DNA from: Ignavibacteriota bacterium
GTDB lineage: Bacteria > Bacteroidota > Ignavibacteria > UBA10030
Assembly (NCBI GenBank): GCA_963727825.1
Contig: CAVSHO010000001.1
Span: 160,001 to 224,000, forward strand
Direction of reading: 5' to 3'
Length of the DNA stretch: 64,000 nucleotides
Below the pieces are notes generated by a model. That model made no database searches, was not told the origin of the DNA, and saw only the letters and a list, made by a program, of their open reading frames with translations. A program made the translations under genes and the position numbers. Below are positions 11,001 through 18,415 of the stretch, piece by piece. Positions within the stretch are counted from its first letter, which is position 1, and every line of letters starts with the position of its first letter.

Positions 11001-11478
11001 AATGGGCGGAATTTCTCAGCAGCAAGCCGAAGAGGCGGCGCGTTTGGCACAAGAACAAGGTGCTGTCCGAAAATCTCTGGAAGAACTCAATCGCGAATCT
11101 CAACAGAGCGTCGAACATGAAAAATTGCTCGGCGATCTTCAGAAAATTGCGGATGAGATGAGCGAAGTCGTAAAAAATCTTGAGCAGAACAATGTTAATC
11201 CTGAGACGATAAAAAAACAAGAACGCATTCTCTCTCGTTTGCTCGATGCATCTAAATCTGTGCATGAGCATGATTACGAAAAAAAACGCAAATCGGAAAC
11301 CGGCACGCAAATAGTCCGGCAAAGTCCAAAAGAAATTGATCAGAATTTTCTAGAGGGCAAAAGTCAATTAAAGGAAGAATTGTTGAAAGCGTTAGAACAG
11401 GGATATTCAAAGGATTATCAAGAACTTATACGAAAATATTTTGAGGAATTGGAAAAGACAGAAAAGTTAGTACATTAG
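8077..11478 (+). CDS. DUF4175-like membrane-anchored protein with Ig-like region and long Gln-rich coiled coil
   Basis: N-terminal TM helices, PAYT and AKDDFG motifs, EVFDNDNVKGPK, extensive Q/E/K/M heptads, C-terminal YQELIRKYF. Confidence 0.75.
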   Translation: MIQGFSSILTMLSHRLMLVQNKQNRVDLLSNAIVFLAGVIATVTVLVVAEMLFEFSRIGRTAVSVLFVFSFLVVSSWMMGRPFLRLVGMLSSATEDLTARRIGAFFPSIRDRLLNALQLAKNAASDSLIYSDELIDESLKDFAAEIQPLDFAQSVDMSHLPLNRRWLMISAGITILVVCLFPTSFSGAAYRLIHFTREFAPPPKYSFEVSPGNKEIVKGENVAVRVKVISLLPQFALRPTDITIYRQQEGQENYDGVKVKPDSGGIYNTIFQTLRASTEYFARIADAESEHYKLIMLDRPLIRSFHVRLEYPAYTKIPPRAMDEFIGDVTALAGTHVTISGAASKLLKQAFIQFGNNIELPLIIHGEKFSASFLLLSDNSYHISVVDEEGLSNSEPVQYQIKVVPDEYPTIAIIEPGRNIDIAGDQSLNLLLQAKDDFGFSSLRLGYRLIKSRYEQAQTEYTFVPISFSTDAVGQIELPFIWNLAKLNLVPEDVVEYFAEVFDNDNVKGPKSGRSNLYLLRLPSLDEVFTDVDKEHEHSIDDLKQSLEEAKKLKGDIESINRDLKKNKDPDWQTQKKMEEMAKQYQQVQKKLEDVHSRIEQMTQQMQQQNVLSKETMEKYLELQQLFQQLDATELQKALQQLQHQIPNISKDQLQQAMQNMTFSEEQFRQSIERTLNLLKRIQIEQKVDEVKKRAEELEKTEKELQEESSKSSDNPQKQKELSKKQSDLANKEQAMERETADLQRRMEEFFTEMPADKLQKLLEQVQKQQIDQKMQQASRQMQTGNMQSAQQMQSQISQQLQQFRKQMEAMQQQMLQQQSQYVVTELRKASSDMLELSKDEEALKQQSQNAPQNSPQLRQNAEDQLQASQDLNNVIKGLSELSLKSFVVTPEIGKAIGQALAHMNNALRSLEVRNGAQASQEQGLAMAALNRAAMQVQNALQSMMQGGGGGAGSLMQQLQRMAGQQMAINMQTQQMGGISQQQAEEAARLAQEQGAVRKSLEELNRESQQSVEHEKLLGDLQKIADEMSEVVKNLEQNNVNPETIKKQERILSRLLDASKSVHEHDYEKKRKSETGTQIVRQSPKEIDQNFLEGKSQLKEELLKALEQGYSKDYQELIRKYFEELEKTEKLVH

Positions 11479-11532
11479 GGCGCTAGTGTAATTGAACAGC
11501 GGCTATTCACATTTCAATATAAGGAGAAAGCT

Positions 11533-12111
11533 ATGAAAAAGTGGCTTGGAGAAATGTGGAGATTAATTCTGATTACATTTCTCGGTTTTGCCGGAAGTAT
11601 GATTGCCGGGCTTATGAGTTACGGGGGAGAAATATTTAGTCCGCAATCTGTAGGATTTGCGTACTACATTATGTTTGGCTTCAGCACGTCATTTATTTTT
11701 GCCTTCTACCATGTGCGCGGGCTTTCCAACACTATCACAGCGGCTGTTTCTACAGGAGCGGTAATTTTTGTTATTGCTTCATTCTGGATGCCAATATTGA
11801 ATGCAGCTATCTGGTCGTTCGGGGTTAATCTCTCTGTGGTTGTGCTGGCATTTCTTTTTGAACGGAAGCTAGCAAATTTCAAACAGTGGAAGTTTATTGT
11901 TATAGGTGTTGTCTATGGTGCTATATTTGTACTTTTAACTTTGTTTGTGGGTATTATTACAAAAGTGGCAACATTACCTCCTGCACTTTTCCAGAAAAAT
12001 TATCTTGATGGATTGTGGTTAGGTTTAAGTCTCGGTATCGGTGTAGAGATTGCAGAGTCAATTGTACACTCTGTCGATCTTCACCGGCAGACGAAACGGG
12101 AAGCATATTAA
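11533..12111 (+). CDS. Hypothetical multi-pass membrane protein
   Basis: AAGGAG RBS; about 6 hydrophobic segments. Confidence 0.7.
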   Translation: MKKWLGEMWRLILITFLGFAGSMIAGLMSYGGEIFSPQSVGFAYYIMFGFSTSFIFAFYHVRGLSNTITAAVSTGAVIFVIASFWMPILNAAIWSFGVNLSVVVLAFLFERKLANFKQWKFIVIGVVYGAIFVLLTLFVGIITKVATLPPALFQKNYLDGLWLGLSLGIGVEIAESIVHSVDLHRQTKREAY

Positions 12112-12182
12112 GAGAATATTTTACTACAACTTTTTGCTGTCAGGAGTTACGAGACTCCGGACAGCAAAATTTAAATTTGCAT

Positions 12183-12958
12183 CTACCAACTCACATGCCA
12201 GTGTTTGATTTGCCAATCGCCTTTCTCGGTTTTCATCAAGACGACGGTGTGAAATCGTATTGGCCCATTCTTTTTGATTTGAGTTTTCAAGACTATAAAT
12301 ATAGTCGTTTCATCTTGTGAACTCCTCAGCACTAAAGGAGAAAGTGTTTTGGATTCAGAACCTTCAATCAGTTTTATATTTTTATGCTCACCGTTTAAAA
12401 CACCATACAAGCTTTCGAAATATTTTCCATAGATAAGATAAGCATCAGGACTGATATACTTTTTGGCTTGCGTGATATCTGCTCCTTTAAAATATTCTCA
12501 ATGGGCGTCTTGATCGATTCGAGCTTTTCTATGCTCAACCTGAATCGGAAAGGAATAGTTACCCACACGGCAATTGGTTTCCCTTTTTGTTTTGCGGGTG
12601 TAAATTTCCATTGTGTACTTGCCTCAATGGCTGCGTTATTAAAAATCTCTCGATCACTTTTAACGATTTCTGCTTTTTTTACATCTCCTCTTTCGGTAAT
12701 CCACACTCTCACATATACATTTCCTTCTAAGCTGTCCTTTAATGCTAATTCCGGGTACTTAGGTTGAAATTTTTTGATCACTTCCGGTTCTTTGTCATAT
12801 GGAACAAAATCCTCTGGAACTTTTAAAGTATCCTGTTCAAATGCTAAAAGGTTTTGATGATTTGAACCAGTATTTTGGGCTGTTAGCAATATGCTTTGAC
12901 TAAGCAAAATAGATGACGAAAGTAATAACCCCAATAATGCTAGTACTATCTTTTTCAT
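12183..12958 (-). CDS. Secreted TonB C-terminal-domain protein with probable NTF2/SnoaL-like C-terminal domain; frameshift near 12488
   Basis: Signal peptide; PKYPELA..EGNVYVRVWI..G.V..FNNAAIEA..QWKFTPA..G.P....TIPFRF. The -1 frame continues GADITQAKKYISPDAY...FHTVVLMKTEKGDWQIKHWHVSW. Confidence 0.7.
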
Positions 12959-12968
12959 TAGTGTCTCC

Positions 12969-13417
12969 TCAATTATTATGAATAGAAGAAGGTATATATC
13001 CTTGCACTACCACTGTAGGAAGTGTTGGAACATAGACTATGGTTTCTTTTGAAGCAAAGTATGATTGATATACTAATGAAGTGAATATTGCGCTTGTAAG
13101 AATAGTGAATGCAAGAATAAAACCAACAGCCCTCAGGGACATCATTCGACCTTGCTTTATCCAATCAAAACTAAAACTTGCTGGTTTTCTAATACTTGAT
13201 GCCGTCATAATATTTGTAAGGATCTTTCTGTTTAGTGGTTCTGGAATAATTGTTGATTGCTTGTTCAATAGCTCCGTACGAAGACCCATTGTTTCTTTTA
13301 AAACCCCCGGCAATTATCACATGAGCTCAAGTGGTGAAACAAGCTGGCTTCACCTGCAGTGTTTAATTCACCATCAATAAATTGGCTTACATATTCTTGG
13401 TACTGTTCGCAATTCAT
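12969..13417 (-). CDS. zf-HC2 (ZAS) membrane anti-sigma factor; frameshift near 13300
   Basis: GAGG RBS; MNCEQYQEYVSQFIDGEL..HLSSCDNC (HxxxCxxC). Continues in ORF 12969-13313 (LKETMGLR..) with one TM helix. Confidence 0.8.
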
Positions 13418-13445
13418 AATACACCTCAATATTTCATCATTAGAA

Positions 13446-13838
13446 CTAATTAGGCTCACGTTTAAGTTTAGAACGATTCCATGGTTTATCTTTTGTTTCT
13501 CGCCAAGCTTTCCACCCGGCAGGCAAGTCGGAGAGTTGTTTAACGCTGTTATCAATTTTTACAATTGCTTCAAGTGTTATAAAAGTGACTTCATCTCCCG
13601 CTGATTTTTCATTAGAAAGGAATATCCATTGTCCATCAACAGAGTCACGAAATACATAGAGAATTGGACTAAGTCCATCTACTATTACTTTCTCGGTTAC
13701 AACAGTAACAGAACGTTGTTCTTTAAATGTCCAATTGTTCAAAGAGGAAGTTGCGCACCCCCAAAAGACAAATGTCATAATGATAAGAATGGAACAACAA
13801 ACATATTTCTTCGGAGGGAACTTAGCAGGATGTTTCAT
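13446..13838 (-). CDS. Lipoprotein with DUF2185/Imm33-like domain
   Basis: Lipobox FWGC; RD..DGQWIFLS..LEAIVKIDNSV..L.DLPAGW pattern; stop/start overlap with the sigma gene. Confidence 0.55.
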   Translation of the reverse strand: MKHPAKFPPKKYVCCSILIIMTFVFWGCATSSLNNWTFKEQRSVTVVTEKVIVDGLSPILYVFRDSVDGQWIFLSNEKSAGDEVTFITLEAIVKIDNSVKQLSDLPAGWKAWRETKDKPWNRSKLKREPN

Positions 13839-14371
13839 TATTGATAGTACTCCTTTAGTCGTCTTGTTAATGCTTTGCGTGCTTTGAATAATCGTGACTT
13901 CACAGAACTTTCTGTATCACTGGTAACCTCTGCAATTTGCGCATAGGAAAGTTGTTCGTATTCCCTCAATAAAATTACTTCGCGATATTCGCTTTTCAGA
14001 TTCTGAAGAAGTCGTTGAACAATCTCCTTGGTCTCAGTTGATACAATCAATTCGTATGGTGTCGTTTCATCCCAAACATCCTCCTCGTTTTGAACACCAT
14101 TGCGCCGTTTTCTTCGGATGTGCATCATCACTTCATTGCGAGCTATACTGAAAAGCCACGACAAAAATGATTCCGGTTTTTGTAAGAGCCTGATATTTGC
14201 ATGCATCTTGATAAAAGTTTCTTGTGTCGCATCCTCTGCCGCGTCGGAATTAGTAAGCATTCGAAGACAATAGCGATAAATCGCAGATTTGTGGAGTTCA
14301 TACAAATCGGCAAATGCTCGCCGATCACCATGGCGCAATAGTTCAATCAGTTCGGTGTCTGTTCTCACCAC
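13838..14371 (-). CDS. ECF RNA polymerase sigma-70 factor
   Basis: DAAEDATQETF, SWLFSIARN, YREVILLREYEQLSYAQIA, VKSRLFKAR. Confidence 0.92.
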   Translation of the reverse strand: MVRTDTELIELLRHGDRRAFADLYELHKSAIYRYCLRMLTNSDAAEDATQETFIKMHANIRLLQKPESFLSWLFSIARNEVMMHIRRKRRNGVQNEEDVWDETTPYELIVSTETKEIVQRLLQNLKSEYREVILLREYEQLSYAQIAEVTSDTESSVKSRLFKARKALTRRLKEYYQ

Positions 14372-14428
14372 GCGATTCTTTCTGTACTGCAGGAGTTGTT
14401 GTCTCTGCCTGTTGATTTACATATAGAA

Positions 14429-14453
14429 GATGCACAAAGAGAAAGAAAGTTGC
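14429..14453 (-). promoter_or_regulatory. Possible ECF autoregulatory promoter
   Basis: GCAAC-N15-GCATC about 60 nt upstream of the sigma start; resembles AAC-type ECF -35/-10 elements. Confidence 0.3.
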
Positions 14454-14733
14454 TGTAGAATTTTTGTTATTTAGCTCCCATTGGTATACTTCATCGTTGC
14501 AATCCAACGACTTATTGGCTACATTTTGGGCGAATATCGACAGGGAATATTCCAAGCGCAAACAGCACAACCTGAAAAGATCAAACAATAGAGTCGTGTG
14601 AAATATCGATTAAATCGTAGGAGAAGCAAAATTGCTGGTGAGGATGTTGTGCAATATTTATGCGTTTACGATTGAACAGATGAAAGAAATTGATGGTATT
14701 GTAAAGAGGGTTATGGGGAAGTGATTTTACTTG

Positions 14734-14761
14734 GTAAAGACGTGATGAATCACGTCTCTAC
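14734..14761. repeat. GTAG-type REP palindrome upstream of RAYT
   Basis: gtaaagacgtgat-ga-atcacgtctctac, imperfect 28-nt palindrome. Confidence 0.75.
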
Positions 14762-14768
14762 AGATACT

Positions 14769-15302
14769 ATGACATTATATAAAAACACATTTCGCATCGA
14801 ATCAACGCGATTAAAAGGATATGATTATTCCCAACCCGGTGAATATTTTATTACGATTTGTACACATAATCACGAATGCATTTTTGGCATACTCGCTGAA
14901 GAAGAAATGAAATTGTCACATATTGGAATGATAGCAAAAAATTGTTGGGAAAATATTCCAAATCATTTTCACAATGTTGAATTGGATGAATTTATTGTAA
15001 TGCCAAACCACATACACGGAATAATAATATGTGAAAATAATATTCGTAGAGACGCGATTAATCGCGTCTCTACAGGTGGAATAACAAAAACAAATAATCC
15101 GATGCTGTCGCATAATTCGTTATCAAACATTATTAGGCAATATAAAAGCCGTGTATCACATGAAATTCATAAAACACAACCAGATTTTGCTTGGCAACCC
15201 AGATTTTACGAGCACATCATCCGTGACGAAAGAGATTTGCAGAACACCCGAGATTATATTGTCAACAATCCAATAAAATGGTTTTATGACATCAATTCTT
15301 AA
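14769..15302 (+). mobile_element. REP-associated tyrosine transposase (RAYT, IS200/IS605 HUH Y1 superfamily)
   Basis: RLKGYDYS..YFITICT, MPNHIHGII (HUH), WQPRFYEHIIR, YIVNNP (catalytic Tyr); associated REPs. Confidence 0.9.
15046..15073. repeat. Perfect 28-bp GTAG REP palindrome inside the RAYT CDS
   Basis: GTAGAGACGCGATT|AATCGCGTCTCTAC, read in frame as RRDAINRVST. Confidence 0.9.
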
Positions 15303-15325
15303 ATGAAAATATTAGAAGTTAAACT

Positions 15326-18300
15326 GTGCCTTCTATTCTTTTAAACGATACCGAACTTCATTTCCCTAATTTTACTATCGTTTCTGCATCTGCAGGATCG
15401 GGTAAGACGCACACGCTCACGTTAAAAATTTTACAGCTCTTATTGTCTCCGAATGCGCCAAACAATCGGTTGAACAATGTACTTGCGATGACGTTCACTA
15501 AGAATGCCGCCGCTGAAATGCGCCAACGTGTTCTGGAGTATTTGAAGAAAGCATACCACGGTGATAAAAACATTCTTGATCAATTATGCCCTCTCGTTTC
15601 AATGGATGAAGCGGAACTCCGCACTCGAAGTGGTGAATTGATTGAAACAATATTACAGGATTACTCCGCGTTTCAGGTGCAAACGATAGACAGCTTTATG
15701 GCACGAGTGTTTCGCGCTTCTGCGTTGGAGTTTGGTTTTTCACCGACGCTTGAAATTGTTTTGAATAACCGCACAATACTTGATGCGGCTTTTGAACAAT
15801 TCGCCCGCGAACTTGCAACCGACCCGACAAAACGACATCTGCTTGAAGAGCTGACAGATATTCTTGTTGAAAGCCAGTCCCGACAAATCGGAACTTCACG
15901 GTATATTTGGAATCCATTTCAAAAACTCTCAGATGAAGTTCGCAATCTGTATAACATCTTGAGCGCACAATCAAAAGAAGTTCTGTCATTAACGGAAAAC
16001 AGTGGACAGGTGAACACACTGCGCACGGAAATTCTTGATACGTTTCGTCAGCTTCAAGCACTTGTAAGAGATTCAGGATTGGAAATAACTAAGAATTTTG
16101 AAAATGTCACTGATATCGCTAATACCGGAGATGTAGATAAGCTGATAGAATTGAAGAGTGTCAATAAACCGGTAAAAGCAGGTAAATCGAAAGCCGAAAA
16201 AGAAGAAACGGAAAAATGGAACGCACGTTTTTCACAACTGCAGGAAAAGTTCAACTCGCTTGCTGCAGAATATGTTGTGCAGCAGGCATATCAATATTAT
16301 CATCCGTATGTCGAAGCGCATAAATTGTTTCGGGGTACTATCGAACAGATTATGCGGCGCAACAATCAAATTAATCTTTCTGATGTCAACCATACGCTTC
16401 TGCATTACATTTCGGAAGAAATTGTGCCGCAAGTATATTTCTATTTGGGCGATACCGTCTACCATTATCTCATTGACGAGTTTCAGGATACTGCACCAGT
16501 GCAGTGGGAAGCAATAAAGCCGCTGTTCGCCGAGGCACTCTCAAAGCAGGGAAGTCTGTTTGTTGTCGGAGATACCAAACAATCCATTTACGCTTTCCGT
16601 CATGCCGATTGGCGCATTATGAAAAACGTAATGATGAGCAACGTCTTTCCATCGGCGCCGCCTGAAGTGCGAGAACTGGAAATAAATTACCGGAGCTTCG
16701 AACGAATACTTGATTTCAACAAAACGGTCTTTCATTCCATAGTGCCATCTGCAATAGATGGTGACGCACCGCGTGCTAGCGGGTTATCAACTTTCAAACA
16801 AGAGGTAGAAGAAAAGAATAAGAAGAAAGGATACGTTGAGATTGTCTCGTTTGAAAAAGGTGAAGGCCAAGAACAGGAACGTGCGAAGATATTGGAAATT
16901 GTAAATGGTTGTCACACGCGTGGTTATCGATATGGCGATATTACAATCCTGACACCGAAGAATGAACAGGTCGTTACTATCAGCGGATGGCTTAATAAAG
17001 AGCATATTAAGTTTATTTCGCACAGCAGTCTAGATATTCGCGGTCGTGCAATCACCGGTGATGTCATAGCACTTCTTCGCTTTCTTGATTCACCAATTGA
17101 CGACCTTGCATTCGCAACTATTTTACTGAGCGGCACATTTCATCGCGCACTTACCGCTGACAACTTGAAGTTGACGCAAGAGGAACTTCATTCGTTCATT
17201 CTTCAGGCGCGAAGAGCGGAACATCCGGTGTCGCTGTATGCATCTTTCCGCCTGCGTTATGCCGATATTTGGCAGAAATACTTTAATGAACTTTTCACAG
17301 TCGTCGGTTACTTGCCGATGTATGATCTTCTATCAGAAATTTATAAGCAATTTCGATTGTTCGAGATTGCACCCGAGGAAGAAGGCGCACTTGCAAAGCT
17401 GTTGGATGTGATGAAAAATTTTGAAGAGACCGGACAGAATAATCTAAAAGATTTTCTTGCCTTTGCCGATGATGAAGAAGATGATACAGATTGGAATATT
17501 GCTGTACCCCACGGCGAAGATGCAGTTTCTGTAATGACAATCCACAAAGCTAAAGGATTGGACAATCGTGTAGTCATTGTTTTGTTGATAGATTCTAAAT
17601 TACGATCAGATAATTTGTTTGTTGAAGAAAATAGCGACGGTGTCCGGTTAGTGCATATAACACAAAAAAATGCGGCGTTTGATAAGACGCTTATGGAACT
17701 GTACAATCAACACCGTTTTGAACGAGCAGTAGATGATCTCAATAAATTATACGTTGCTTTTACAAGAGCAAAAGAAGAGATGTACGTAATCAGCGTTAAG
17801 ACCAAATACGCCGATGAACCGTCAAAATTTCTGCCATCTTCCGGCTATGAACCGTCGATAAAGCCGGAAGTCGAAAAACAGAAACAAACACAAGAACTAG
17901 TCATGCCCCTGTATCATTCGTCAAGGCGAACACCCGTTAGCAATGCTACATCGGAGAAGTTGGCGTTGTATGAACGCCGCCGCGGCGAGGCTATTCACGA
18001 TGTATTGTCGCAAGTAAAGTTCGCAGGTGCTGATATTGAAATGCTCATATCATCCTCTATAAGGAAAACCGCGGGAAGCTGGATGCAACCAAATGATGAA
18101 GAGCGTATCAAATCGTTGACTTTGGAATTTCTGCGTTTGCCGGAAATAGCGCCATTCTTTACGTGCGTTGAAAACAGAAAAATATTGAATGAGCAAGAGT
18201 TTGTTAATCCAGATGGACGGCTGTTCCGAATGGATCGGATTGTTGTTGATGCAGACGTAGTGACGGTGCTCGATTTCAAAACGGGAGATGATAAAGATGC

Positions 18301-18415
18301 ATATTCAGATCAAGTGAAAGGATATATCAATATTCTTCAGAACTTTTATCCCGGTCGTACAATTCGCGGCGTGCTAGCATTTGTTGACCGAAAGAAATTG
18401 CGGGTGGTTGCATGA
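15326..18415 (+). CDS. AddA/RecB-like UvrD helicase with C-terminal PD-(D/E)XK nuclease
   Basis: ASAGSGKT, MTFTKNAA, IDEFQDT, VGDTKQSIYAFR, NYRS, MTIHKAKGL, LYVAFTRA, RMDRI..VLDFKTG. Confidence 0.9.
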   Translation: MPSILLNDTELHFPNFTIVSASAGSGKTHTLTLKILQLLLSPNAPNNRLNNVLAMTFTKNAAAEMRQRVLEYLKKAYHGDKNILDQLCPLVSMDEAELRTRSGELIETILQDYSAFQVQTIDSFMARVFRASALEFGFSPTLEIVLNNRTILDAAFEQFARELATDPTKRHLLEELTDILVESQSRQIGTSRYIWNPFQKLSDEVRNLYNILSAQSKEVLSLTENSGQVNTLRTEILDTFRQLQALVRDSGLEITKNFENVTDIANTGDVDKLIELKSVNKPVKAGKSKAEKEETEKWNARFSQLQEKFNSLAAEYVVQQAYQYYHPYVEAHKLFRGTIEQIMRRNNQINLSDVNHTLLHYISEEIVPQVYFYLGDTVYHYLIDEFQDTAPVQWEAIKPLFAEALSKQGSLFVVGDTKQSIYAFRHADWRIMKNVMMSNVFPSAPPEVRELEINYRSFERILDFNKTVFHSIVPSAIDGDAPRASGLSTFKQEVEEKNKKKGYVEIVSFEKGEGQEQERAKILEIVNGCHTRGYRYGDITILTPKNEQVVTISGWLNKEHIKFISHSSLDIRGRAITGDVIALLRFLDSPIDDLAFATILLSGTFHRALTADNLKLTQEELHSFILQARRAEHPVSLYASFRLRYADIWQKYFNELFTVVGYLPMYDLLSEIYKQFRLFEIAPEEEGALAKLLDVMKNFEETGQNNLKDFLAFADDEEDDTDWNIAVPHGEDAVSVMTIHKAKGLDNRVVIVLLIDSKLRSDNLFVEENSDGVRLVHITQKNAAFDKTLMELYNQHRFERAVDDLNKLYVAFTRAKEEMYVISVKTKYADEPSKFLPSSGYEPSIKPEVEKQKQTQELVMPLYHSSRRTPVSNATSEKLALYERRRGEAIHDVLSQVKFAGADIEMLISSSIRKTAGSWMQPNDEERIKSLTLEFLRLPEIAPFFTCVENRKILNEQEFVNPDGRLFRMDRIVVDADVVTVLDFKTGDDKDAYSDQVKGYINILQNFYPGRTIRGVLAFVDRKKLRVVA

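Noticed and set aside
9690-11130. CAG/CAA-rich low-complexity DNA
   Set aside because: Explained by the Gln-rich coiled-coil protein; no discrete DNA repeat unit
13514-13531. CCGGCAGGCAAG resembling a known palindromic repeat (similar at about 4014-4025 in serC)
   Set aside because: Only a half palindrome; it encodes ordinary-looking protein sequence (DLPAGW; PPCLP)
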